DNA of 63,929 nt, the filler included, from Rhabdomonas costata (taxonomy: Eukaryota), in assembly GCA_019059605.1 (NCBI GenBank). It is 29 parts of 29 records of this genome, joined end to end, with 100 filler letters (N's around TTAATTAATTAA, not from the genome) between each part and the next. Parts side by side here need not be neighbours in the genome. Positions count along the whole stretch, not along the records: positions 13,236 to 15,363 come from JAHMHO010005604.1; positions 15,464 to 17,568 come from JAHMHO010005605.1; positions 17,669 to 19,774 come from JAHMHO010005606.1; positions 19,875 to 21,978 come from JAHMHO010005607.1; positions 22,079 to 24,183 come from JAHMHO010005608.1; positions 24,284 to 26,389 come from JAHMHO010005609.1; positions 26,490 to 28,594 come from JAHMHO010005610.1; 22 more parts are not named here. One strand, given 5' to 3'. The position numbers and the translations under genes were made by a program. Below, one piece after another: positions 14,641 through 26,505 of this stretch (positions within the stretch are counted from its first letter, which is position 1; each line of letters starts with the position of its first letter). The notes below the pieces were generated by a model. That model worked only from the letters and a program-made list of their open reading frames with translations. It was not told the origin of the DNA and made no database searches.

Positions 14641-15216
14641 AGCAAAAGCAACTTTCACCAACAAACCCAACTTCCGCCAAAACCTTTCCGTGTTGGTTCC
14701 CAAGAATTATTTTTGGATTTCTATTGCCCATGTCATCTCACAAGGAACGAGGTAGGGAAGACACACAAGCAAAAACATCTCCAAGAGCCACACGTTCTGA
14801 TTTACAAGGCTATACTATAGTAGGCTCCACCGTGAACTGAGACTTCTGTTGGAGCAGTTCAAGCACTGGGCTTCGGGTTGAACGGTACAAATTAGGGCAG
14901 TCAGTGTGATCCTGATGTTTGGCGTTGAAGGTGCACCCCATGCACCCGAAACACGCCTATGTCACCTGTTCTTTAGGTCGAAACTTCGCCTTTGCACTGT
15001 TTAACTAAAAGTCTGAAAGGACAGGAGATTCACTCCTGAAAATCCCCGCGCCTTCGGCTCGCAAATCTCATTTCCATAGCGTATTTTGCCTGGGCAGCGC
15101 TCATCTCCACGTACACTGCATTTTTGAGACCAGCGGAATAAAGACAGGGTAAAAAGTCTTCTGTTGGGAATCTTACAGAATCTCTCAGTTTCCGGGTGGA
15201 GCTAGCCTTAATTAGT

Positions 15217-15294
15217 TTAGGGTTAGGGTTAGGGTTAGGGTTAGGGTTAGGGTTAGGGTTAGGGTTAGGGTTAGGGTTAGGGTTAGGGTTAGCG
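15217..15294 (+). repeat. Interstitial telomeric repeat (TTAGGG)12 plus TTAGCG
   Basis: Twelve perfect units at 15217-15288 and one variant unit, with unique sequence on both sides. Confidence 0.97.
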
Positions 15295-15680
15295 TTTAAT
15301 TAGTTTCTTTTGAACTTTTCAGGGGACAACAGGGGCAACATCACAGGGAAGGAACATACACAANNNNNNNNNNNNNNNNNNNNNNNNNNNNNNNNNNNNN
15401 NNNNNNNTTAATTAATTAANNNNNNNNNNNNNNNNNNNNNNNNNNNNNNNNNNNNNNNNNNNNGGTGCCTCTTCCGCGCAACTTGGAGCCACCCACGATA
15501 TCCACTGACTGCACTTGCAGTTTGGTTTGGTGCCCGCTTTTTCCCTGGCGACGACGGTTGTGTTTTGGCACACTGTGCCAGAGCAAGAAATGACAACCAC
15601 TGTGTTGCCATTGTGGGGATGAAGCAGCTAAGGGCAGAAATTTATGCGCCGTGCGCGGACTTGCACACGCTTCCTTGCAG

Positions 15681-16614
15681 GCGTCCACTAGACTGTGGGA
15701 TGTGTGCCCTTCCGCGATGGCCACAGCGCTGGCCCTCCACAACAGGGTTCTGCGGCAGCTCATCGCCCGCCATGAGGGATACGAAGTATGCTCTGGGGGC
15801 CTCTCTTGCTCGCTCTCTCTTTCTCTCGCTCGAAGGTAATGTGTCCGAGTCCTAGCCAAAGCCAGCCTCCTTTCTCCCTTTTTCTTGCTTGGTCTGCAAC
15901 TTCCAACAGCCGAATACACACAGGCCGAATAGGGGTCCGGGGAAAGGGATCCCTTTGGTGTGAAGCGCTCACAATTGGACACACACACACACACACGCAC
16001 AAGCTGCCAACAATCTGTTGTGCTTCGTTAAGGTGAAGACTGTGGGGGATGGCTTCATGGTAGCCTTCCCGTCGGCAAAGCAAGCCCTACAGTGGGCCAT
16101 GGCCGTGCAGGTGGGGCTGCTGGAGCAGGAGTGGCCTCCCGAGCTGGGCAGGCTGAGTGACGCCTCTCGGGAGGAAGTTGAGGGTCAAGTGATCTGGAAT
16201 GGCCTAAGGTGCGTCCAAGTTTGTGCTTTAGACTTCCTGCTGCCGAAAACCGCCTCATGTCAGATTTGTCTTCACGTTTTGTCACACATGTGGCCGTGGC
16301 CGGGGGGTGTCGTTACAACCCGCGGTGATTCAGCACATAAAGACAGAGTTGCGTAAACTGTGACCACTTTTCCGTCCCCTAGACAGTCATATTTTTTGAC
16401 GAGGAGGAGGAGGGGGGGGGGGCAGAAAATCTGTGACCGACGTTCAACGCCCCCCTCCCGTGCTTCAAAAAGAGGTGCCAAGCGGTCTGGCAACGGGGCG
16501 TGCTGCCCTGCCGATTACTTGCTTGGGTATGTTTGTTCTCAGAGTTAGAGTGGGTATTCATGTCGGGAACCCGATCGTCAACGCAGACCCGATCACAAGA
16601 AGAACCGACTACTT
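15681..16614 (+). CDS. Class III adenylate cyclase catalytic domain (euglenozoan receptor-AC type), 3 exons
   Basis: Exons 15681-15785, 16033-16208 and 16543-16614 with GT-AG introns. Reads STRLW...HNRVLR...GYE|VKTVGDGFMVAF...WNGLR|VRVGIHVG...DPITRRTDY. Confidence 0.95.
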
Positions 16615-18288
16615 GTATGTCCTCTTTCAACCGTTCATTTTCTTTTCTTGACTGCCTTTGATGCGATGCAACCATTCATCTCCGGGGCGATGCCGTGATG
16701 CTTTGCGTTGTTCTTTGGGGTGAGGTGCCGCTGCCACACCCACGGTATCAAACTGCGTTTTTTTCGTGGAGAGGGGCTGGATTAAAGCTTCGCATTGAAC
16801 TTAGTTCGCGGAGGAGTGGCCGATGAGGTGAATACCCCTTAGCAGGCGATGTCCTCTGGTCTCGTCTGATTGTACATTAAAAGATGAGCGGGAAGGAGGG
16901 CGATGTGTCCAGCGGAATTCAAGCGGAATTTCGCTGGGGTCTTCTGGAGCAACGTGCCCAACTCCGTCATTGTCTCCGCCACTTCTCCCCGTCACCATCT
17001 AGTGGGGCGCGTTTCCCTCTTGGACACCGCATGCGTGGTAATCGAACGCCTGCTGGGCTTTCTCGGCTAGATACACATGGGCGAAGAGTCACTGAAGCAG
17101 CTCCGAGAAGGAAGAGGGCAGGAAGAGCCCGCAGAGTGATGACCCAGAAGTTTACTCTTGGAAGGGGGAAGAGAAGGCCAGACTTCAGGAGGCCGCCTCC
17201 GCCCTAAGGAAAGGAGTAGTGGACCTGTCTAGTGGAACCATAGCCGGGGAGCTCTCGTCAAGGGAATCGGCGTCAAAACTGTAAAACCTGTGCGGGGTCG
17301 GGAGTCCTCTGATGAGGGGCAGAAAAAGACCCAATTCGACGCCTTCCTCTCCCATCCCGGAACAGATGGAAGTAATGAGAGAATGAGGAAAAGAAGAGCG
17401 TTTTCCTTTCCAGTGCCTGCGGTGCACATCCATTCGTCCATGAAGCCTTCTTGGGTCCATGGCAAGTGGCAGTGTAGCTGTCCTTGTGCATCCTTCTGCA
17501 TCATCCCACCTGCATCAGCACCTCAACTCACGCAGAAAAGCACTCCCCTCACCTTCTCACAAAACACANNNNNNNNNNNNNNNNNNNNNNNNNNNNNNNN
17601 NNNNNNNNNNNNTTAATTAATTAANNNNNNNNNNNNNNNNNNNNNNNNNNNNNNNNNNNNNNNNNNNNGGGGGGGTGGTCAAAGGGAAACATTATGGACT
17701 TTTCATTTGCGACCGGTTCACGAGCTCACAGGATCAAGGTAGCAGCTCTGTGGTAGGTCTGCTCCTGATTTAAAGACTAGTCAAAGACTAAGACTTTCGC
17801 TGCGCTCGCAAGGTAAAAAAACGAGTCTGCTGGAAGGAGCGCAATTCTTCGCATATCCTGAGCTGAGATCAAAAGAAATGAAAGGCTGGGCGCAGCCGTG
17901 GGGTAATATCAATTCACTTCACTGCAATTCCACTGCAAGCCCGCGTTCTTCGCTTGACTTCCATGAGGAGTTAATGGATCTTCTTCGGCAAGCACCCCTG
18001 ACACCCTCGCAAAGAAGTAGCCAGCAATGTTCGAAAGACCGGCCAGCTTCAGTACTGTAGTCCTTGCCTGTGCCCATTAATCCCTGGTTTGTTGTTGAAA
18101 AAACCTCAAAAACTTATCACGCGAAGGCAGCACGACTGAAGGACACGAGAGCCCTTTCTCAAGAAATAACACCCGCGACAGAACTGCCGGCACCCGTTTG
18201 GCGCACAACTGCAGTTCCACGTCAACATCCACCGCCGGGGCCGGGGGTTATTTAATTGATCCAGCAGTGGTCAGGTAGTCGAGGAACG

Positions 18289-18978
18289 TTATTTTCCCAT
18301 CCGGTCCAGTAGACGGTGAGTCAGCTCGTACACAGTGAAGATCGTCGCGTTGCCTGGCACGGCCCGCATAACGGTCACCCCCAGTCCGCTGTAAAGCCCA
18401 CGCACCCCCCGTGTCCGCAGGATCTGCCGCAGTGCGGGGACAAAGTCGACCCGCTGCGTGGAGATCTGTTGCTGCGACTTCACCACATCCTGAAACGTGA
18501 AAAGGTAACACACCGGCAGCACAAGCCGTCCGACTGTGCCTCGTCAGGGAAACCCACACGTGCAACCGAGTGGCGCCAAAACAGCGTCATAGGAGCCCAC
18601 ATATTTCGCGAAGAGAGCAAAGCTTAGAACTGCGTTCCATTCAATCGGAAAAATTTAGGAAATCAGATCAGGGGTCACATGGGCACATCAGCAGGTGTCG
18701 CAACACGTCGTTGGCATTGCAACTGCAACTGCGCTCATTTGTCAGCAAAGGTTATCCGTGCATTGAACATCAATCGTGCAACAGTGAAACGATCAAAACA
18801 GCGTCTCATCTCAACGACTCAACCAGCCATACCGCGGGAAAGGTGGAGGTCCAGTAGCACACTCCCGCCAGGGCTCCGGCCCCCATTAGTTGCAAGGGAC
18901 CCAGGTCGGCCTTCCCCCCGCCCACCGGAGCCATAGCCTGGCAGGCCTGCTCATACGCTAGGAACCACATCCCAGTTC
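18289..18978 (-). CDS. Mitochondrial carrier family (SLC25) protein, last 2 exons (carnitine/ornithine carrier-like)
   Basis: Exons 18978-18833 and 18489-18289 (TAA). MCF signature FPA|DVVKSQQQ plus GVRGLYSGLGVTVMRAVPGNATIFTVYE. Confidence 0.93.
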
Positions 18979-20044
18979 CTGAGGCAAGCCCCCAACCAGC
19001 ATTCCAGAGAAATCCAACAAAAATACGTAATGTTCCCAACAGCGATATTTCCTTTTCGTGTTTCTTTTTTCGCTTCTTGTGTTCGCAGACGCTCAACTCG
19101 ATTGATATTCAACAATTCGCATTCCACTCGAATTCAGCTGCCCTTCTTCCTTCCCCTTCACCATAGCGCCTTTCCACCACTTCTCAGGTCCAACTTTAAA
19201 CACACCGTTGCGCATACCCCAGACCACACAAAAAGTTGCAAAAAGCGACCCGGTGGGAGACGCCACCACAATGATTTGAACATTGCTGTCGTCAGCGCCC
19301 GTAAGCCCTTCTTACTCTTTGGATGGAATTGGATTTGGATCTTAAACCCCGCCCTTCTGGACCACATCTTCACAATCCTTCCAACAGGCATCGCACCGTG
19401 CATATTGGTAGCCTACTTGTTCAGGGCGCCCTTACTTCTTGTATTCGATCTCTTTCCAACTTTGCACATTCAGTCATACCCTGCGAGCTCACTCTTTGTC
19501 CCGGGGAGTGACGCACTACCAGGGCCTCCAAAAAAACGCATTCCCCTGACCCGTAGGGCCAAGGATGCGCGACTACCAAGTCAACGGAATACCTCTGTCC
19601 ATCTCACGCACTGCAGCAGCACCGGTTTACACAGAATACATATGGGTCGGGAAAAAAAAGAGGGGGAAAGGTCAAGGGGGAGGGAAGGGAGAAAGCCAAG
19701 CATGATGTCCAGGAGTGAGTGCGCATCAACGAAAGGTGGGCAAGGCGTTGTGGGAGGATAATATACAACACAAANNNNNNNNNNNNNNNNNNNNNNNNNN
19801 NNNNNNNNNNNNNNNNNNTTAATTAATTAANNNNNNNNNNNNNNNNNNNNNNNNNNNNNNNNNNNNNNNNNNNNTGTTTTGTTGTGGAGGGGTCTTTTCT
19901 GGGCAGGGTTGCAGTGTGGCGTTCCGCAATTAGCTGAGAGTCCATCGTCCGGCAGCCAAGGCGCGGGACCTCCCCCCCCCCCCCAAACCACTGTCACTAC
20001 CAGCGAGTGGGTAGGGAGGGAGGGAGGCTAGTATGGAGGTGTGC

Positions 20045-21236
20045 CTTGACTGGGTAGCTCTGCGGGCAGTGCTCCTGGTACCAGGTCTTCACCAGGGGGA
20101 TGTCGATGGGCCGGCGGGTGCGGCCGGAGCGCAGGCAGAACGGCCGCGGGGCCCAGTACAGCGCAATCCCCTGCGCGGTGTTGTCGTCGTAGAGCGGGAA
20201 GTCCGACAGCAGGGCTGTGGTGCCCTCGGGGAGCACGAACTCCGGGCCCTCGTCCAGAACGTCCTGCGGCGGCCGGGAACCGGACCAGGGAGGGGATGGA
20301 TGGGCGCCCTTCTTTCTGCCGCGTAAAACCGTGCGGCATGACCTTTCTTGCATTGGTGAAGTGTTATCCTTTGCTTTTGCCACAAAGCAAAGCTACGGCA
20401 GGAAAGGAGCTTGACAGGATCTCGACAGAGACACTGATGCCGTCCACCAGATAAAGAAACAACGAAGGGCATCGGGTGTCGCCCAGGGAGCCCCCCAGGA
20501 ATGCAATACTGAAAACAGTGTCTGGTGTGGTGTGGTGTATCCCTTTCCCACTTCTTGATTACCGTTGATTGCTATGTTCGATTGAGGTCCATATCTGGTG
20601 GGTTGCGGGAATCATTCCCCTCTCTGATATCCTGCCCGTTCCGGGTCCTCGCTTCCCTTCCCATTCGTCTCACACACACGCATACAAACGCACAGTCACA
20701 TGCACACAAACACAATCACTGAGTTGGGTAAACACTGGTACGGATACTGTCAGGCACCGACGTTGGCTCGAAACATACACACACATGGCGCCTTGGTGCG
20801 GTGTGCTGTGGCGTGTCCTTGTGCTGCTTATTCTGCACACCTGTTTTGTTGTTGTTGGCGCGTTGGCGGTGCTGCTCTCCGTCTCCCCATGTCGTGCGTT
20901 GGGTTGCGGGCGTGCGCCGTGCCCATCCACACACACACACACTCACACACGAACACGCACGCACATTAACCTCTGGGGCGCGGTAGGTTGTGAATGCCGC
21001 GGAGGCAATAGCGCGGTACGCCGGGGTGGGATTGACGATGGGGTCGAAGTAGAACGCCGGAAGGTCGGGGTCGTCGGTCTTGATGTACACCAGGGCGGGG
21101 TAGTGGTAGAACTGCAGGTGGACCTGCCGCGGGCGGGAGTTGTAGAGGTACGGGAAGGCGATCTGGTACTCTGTGCGGATCTGGTGACGGATGATGATCT
21201 TGTTGATGTCGTTGAACTCATTCCAGTCCTCATCCC
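20045..21236 (-). CDS. PRP8: Pre-mRNA splicing factor PRP8, 2 internal exons of the N-terminal region
   Basis: Exons 21236-20971 and 20263-20045. [23 protein letters not shown]...[12 protein letters not shown] and WAPRPF..RSGRTRR..DIPLVK.WY.EHCP...PVK are hallmark PRP8 sequences. Confidence 0.98.
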
Positions 21237-23619
21237 CTGCGGCACACGCACATCCACGGAATGAGGGAGGGGATTTGTGGTTTACCATTGTGCTGCGACG
21301 GAAAGGGCCCTCTCCTAACGCGAGCAAAACAGCAGACCCTGGCACAAAAAACGAGGGGACGTGACTCATAGTGCAACTGTGTGCATGTGGGGGCGTCCGC
21401 ATACAACAATTCACGCCGACTTAGGGGCAAACACATGTCCCCATGCTTGAAATGAATAAAATATTTTTACTTGGGGGGGGGGGTGTAAGGGGGCAATGCC
21501 TTGCACTCACGAGATGTTTGCACTACCGATCACATGCATGAATGCACCTACCGTCACATGCACAATGACGTGAGCGAAACAGACCTGCATGCGACAGCAG
21601 TGGTGTGAAGCGTCTAGGCATGAACTTCAGATCCCCCTCCCTCTCTCCGTCCGCCCGCTCGCTGTGCCCTCTGACGTCAGGGTTGACCGGAACAAACAAT
21701 GCCCGTGATCATGGGGTGATCACTTGCCAACGTATACCATACCTAATACCTTGAAGGGCACAGGGTGGTGGTGGGTGAGCCACAGCTCAACGGAAGAGAG
21801 AATGGCACTTTACAATAGTGGGCAATCCATCACGAGGTGTTATTTACAAACGACTGGTCCTCACTAGATTAGGCCAGTGCCTCCTCGGTGAGCGGCGACC
21901 TTGGCCTACATGCACGATGTCTGCACAAGGCATAAGGCGCCGCGCACACAAGCAAGCACGCCCAATTCCCCCCCAACCNNNNNNNNNNNNNNNNNNNNNN
22001 NNNNNNNNNNNNNNNNNNNNNNTTAATTAATTAANNNNNNNNNNNNNNNNNNNNNNNNNNNNNNNNNNNNNNNNNNNNGGTTTGTTGTTTTGTGTCCGGA
22101 GCGAGGTGACGGGGGAGGGAAATCAGTCAGCAGAGGCGCCTCCAATCCAGAAACAGCGCCATTTGAGCAAGTGGTTGCTGTTTAAGATGCGCGCTTTACA
22201 AAGACATTTAACCCGTTTAACCTCCCAAGAAAGCCTCAAGCTGACCGTCTTTTTTACGGATGGTATACGCCTTGTCCCTAGCTGGCATCCCTTCCAAGCG
22301 GCTCCGCCGTATGTGATACTTACTTATTACCCAGAAGTTTTTGGACTGTCTTTTTTGGTTGCCGTCTTCTTCGCCACGCCCACTTTTCATAATACGATCC
22401 GATAAATATAAGGAAGACCCGATTGGCGCGGGGGCGCCCCTGCCGCACAAAATAATACAACATAATGGCGCGACCGAACCGCAAACAGGAAGAACAGGAA
22501 GGTACACCCAAGAACGCGCAAACGAAGAAAAACCCACACCAACAAGGCCACCATGACCCCTCCATGGAACGCACCTGCCCAGATTCTGTTTTTTGCTGTC
22601 CAGGTCCCAACCAAATAGGTTCCCGGACCTTGGTTGTATGTTTTCTCAAGTAGCATTGGCTTTTGTTTTCGATTAAGCCCCACGTTGTTGGGAAGCCCCT
22701 TTTGCCAAACCATTTGTGACCCACCAGTTTGCGATAGAAGATTTATGTGGGTTTGAATTTGGTGTGGGTGGTAATTTTGGTGTTGGGCATTATCCTTCCC
22801 ACCTTTCTCCCGTGAGGTTCTATTCTTTGTGAAATGCCTTCTCTCCGGCGCGGTTTGTGCGGAGTTTATCTTTCCATTTGTTCCACTTCCATCGGCGATC
22901 ATGTAAAAGTTCAGACGGCCGCATTTGGGGGTCTATACGACGACGACCTACCATCGTGGACAATTAGTTCCCCATCCCCTTTTCCAGCTATCTCTACCGC
23001 CTGGAACTTGCACCTTGTAAACTCTTGGCGACAACATAGCGTCCACGTGGTACTCCCAGGACAATTGTGATGGAGGAGGCCGTTTTTATCAACGGACAAG
23101 GCTGGGCAGGCAAGGAAAATCAGCAAGACCAGGCTAGGTGTGGAGCAGCAACGCCGTGCGTCACTCCAGTCTGCTTTCTTTGTGTACGGTGTGTATGGGC
23201 CAATCTCTGCCTCCACCCAGGCGGCGGCTGTCCGACCCTGACAACAGCTTGCTTGGCACGCTGGCCACAGTTTATGAATTCTGCCCGCAAACCTTTGGAG
23301 GAAACACATCGCTCCTCAACATGCTGTTTTTCTTGCCACACAGAAATGGTTGCATTGCACGCTCGGAAGTCGTCTTCCGCACGCAGCATTTGAAGCGGGC
23401 GACCACAAAGCTTTGTGGGAGCTTATTTTGGAAGGCGAATACACACAACACAACCACAGTGTCCAAGCACATTTGCCAACATGGTGGACTGCTTCCTGCC
23501 ATCTAAGGCATCGGGGCAGCTCACATTGTGATGGATTGCGCCGACCAGCCCTGAGGTGTCTGCCCAGGTAAAAGAGCTGTTCCAACACGAACAGCAACAG
23601 AAACCCACCAACTGGAAGT

Positions 23620-24131
23620 AATACGAAGCAGTGGGAATAACCGAGGCGGATCTGGAGAAGCTCATACTCCGCATGCCGTCTCCACAGGCCCCCCAGGCCA
23701 CCGAGCTTAGCACTCATGTCACCCCGCTTTCACAAAAGTGCAAAGGAGAACCATCAAAGATTCCTCCAAATGTTAGGAAGTGGATCGAGCATCTGAAGGA
23801 ATATGACCTTCAAGTTGGTTGGATTGACGAAGAGCAGGTACACAGCTGAAGTGCAGCACCAAGAGATGCATTTGACGCAGAGAATGTTGTGGAGCCAAGT
23901 GGGCAAAGTCGTTGCATGTTATGCGAGTCGCAATGGGAAGAGGTTGTGAAGCAAAATGGGAAGCTTTGGAAAGGAAGGTCTGATGTGACAGTGACAGAGA
24001 TCATGATACGGGCAGGTGCTGTTTTGTATCCTCCTGCGACGCTAGAGTCGAATGAGAGCTCTGAAGAAGACGTCGAGAAGCTTCGAAGACTGCAAAAAGT
24101 GTTGAGAGAACGAAGTAAAGATGGAAAGTAG
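23620..24131 (+). pseudogene. Degenerate intronless ORF, probably TE-derived
   Basis: ORFs 23631-23849 and 23889-24131 share a frame with one TGA between them. Charged, helical composition. No family recognised. Confidence 0.3.
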
Positions 24132-25436
24132 TGTACGAGTGGTTAAAGCGTTCTAGAGCCGCTCATGAGCAGCACAAACCACCNNNNNNNNNNNNNNNNN
24201 NNNNNNNNNNNNNNNNNNNNNNNNNNNTTAATTAATTAANNNNNNNNNNNNNNNNNNNNNNNNNNNNNNNNNNNNNNNNNNNNTTCTTTTCCCTTCCTTT
24301 TTCTTTTCTGTTTTCGTTTTTTGGTTTCTCTTGCAGGACTCGGCTCCTGATGCCGTGTTTTTTCTCCACTAATCTTGGAGAGGTAGGTTCCTACCGGTGC
24401 CCGGTGTCACTGCGCTGGCGGGAGTGTCTTTTTTGTGTGAAGTGGTTGTGTGTGTGTGTCGCTCTCCCTCCTTCCTCATTTCCTCCTCACTTTCCTCGTC
24501 CATCGTTGTCCCACTGCCCTCCACCACCCGGGCCCTTCCCTTTTGTTCAGCACCACTCACACCCCAAGGGTATGGATGGAGACAGAAACACACAACACAG
24601 GAGGAACAGGCAACGCAGCCGTCAACGCAGGCGGGGGACGAAAGATGGGTCCTAAACACTAATGCATCCCTGAACGACCACATGGTACGGTACAGGTAGC
24701 TCTCCCAACAATAGTTGGACTGTGTTGGGTTTAAGACGAGTCTACCTATCTTTCGGAGTAATCGGCAACGAGGACCATGAGTTGCACGGTCACTTTTCAG
24801 CTTCCAGCTGCTCAATGGAAATGAACCATGGCGCCATGATGAAACCAATGCGACTGAGAAGAGCAGTCTTCCTTCCAGAGAATTCATCAGGCCAACGGAG
24901 GGGGCAAGGGAAAGAAAACCAATCAACCCGCACACTTGAATGAGGGGGTCCGTCCGTCGAAATTATGCAGAAGGAGTGCACAAGGACTTTGGTGTCTACT
25001 TTTCAATTTGGAACAGAGAAGTTCCTTACCATCCCACTTTGTGTCCAATGATCGCAAAATACTGCCAATAAAGAATTCATGCCCTCCTTGTATCACAAAA
25101 TATGTAAAATTTGTAGAATGAGCTGCGTGAAATTGTTCTGTAGAGCCATTGGTCGTTGTTACTCCAAGGCCATGCTCAGGACCGCAGTCCCTGCCATTCT
25201 TCTTGTCCCCCTTCTTTGATTTTGATTTTGGCTGCCTTTGCTGTATCAGCGTCTAAGGTTGAAGCGAAGCATAAAATTGGAGAGTTATTACCCTACTACC
25301 ACCATTTCCGTTCTCGCTTGTGTACCTTGACTTTTTTTTCGCAATGATCACCAGTTTTATGTAACGAGTTGATGGCCCAGGCGGGAATGCTTATGGGCGG
25401 TGTTCGCGGTAAGGCTGGCTCCTCTCCCTGCCACAG

Positions 25437-26359
25437 ATTAAAAACAGCCTGGGGATCTCCGTGAACGACGTCGTTTTAGCGGCGACGACCATTGCAATGC
25501 AGAAGGCCCACGAGGCGGCCGTTGCTTCGCAGCAGCGTCGGTGCTGCAGGGGCGGGGGGTTCTGCAAAGATCTTCTGCGGGTGATAGTGCCCATCAACGT
25601 CAGGGCTCCAGGCCCTGCGGATGCTCAGTTTCCTCGACCACCGCTGCACAACCAATTCGCGGTGTTCTTTGCGGAGCTCCCGATGCACGTCCGAAAGCCT
25701 CGGGACCTGGCTCTGGACATAAAGCAGGTTCTCATGCACCGCAACGCATTGTCTGTGCATTCTCATGTTTTCAAGCCGGATCCCTTTGAGATCCGCAACA
25801 CCGGTGTTGTGAGGATTTCCTCCAACCACCGCTCGCGCTCTTTGTCGCGTATTGCTGTAGTGCTTTCATGCAGTATGGTTGCTTGCATCATTCGTTCACC
25901 GTGTAAAATTTTCCAGACCCGTGTTTTGTGTGCGGAAGGGAGGGGAAGCCTTCATGGGCATCTTTCCCGAATCCTCTTTTTGTGCTTCGGTGGATATTGT
26001 TGAGTGAGAGAGGGCAGTGGAGGCAATTTCAGACGTCGAAGGGTGTTTCTTGCCTTGCTTCCCTTCACCAGTGATGTTCCCGTTCCTTAACGATTGTGTT
26101 GTGGAAAGCCGAAAGGAAAACACGGCACTAATATTATTTACTCACAGTCCAAGAACCATTGTCCTCCCTAGCACGGTACATTTTGTGCTGGTTTCCTTTT
26201 CCCTCTCACAGATGACTACGAAGCTCAAGACCTCCACCACACCCCTGGTGTTCTTTCAGGTCATGAAGCTGACCACTGCACTGCTTCCAGCCTTTGTGGC
26301 CCGGTTCCTTCTAGACTTCTTCGCCAACAAGTGCACTGCAGTGCTGTCCAACCTTCCCG
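25437..26359 (+). CDS. WSD: Wax ester synthase / diacylglycerol acyltransferase (WS/DGAT), C-terminal exons
   Basis: Exons 25437-25727 and 26212-26359, with a possible upstream exon at 24337-24382. Motifs IKNSLGISVNDVVLAA, VPINVR, NQFA...LP and CTAVLSNLPG match the WS/DGAT C-terminal domain. Confidence 0.9.
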
Positions 26360-26505
26360 GTCTTGCCTCCAATCTCTTACCCAACCACCNNNNNNNNNNN
26401 NNNNNNNNNNNNNNNNNNNNNNNNNNNNNNNNNTTAATTAATTAANNNNNNNNNNNNNNNNNNNNNNNNNNNNNNNNNNNNNNNNNNNNGGGGGGGTGGG
26501 GGCAC

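Noticed and set aside
15217-15294. True chromosome end
   Set aside because: About 70 nt of non-telomeric sequence follows the array on the G-rich 3' side.
19030-19761. 243-aa plus-strand ORF and other long ORF-track entries (3228-3878, 5507-6244, 20569-21264)
   Set aside because: These are shadow or intronic frames overlapping real spliced genes, with low-complexity composition and no motifs.
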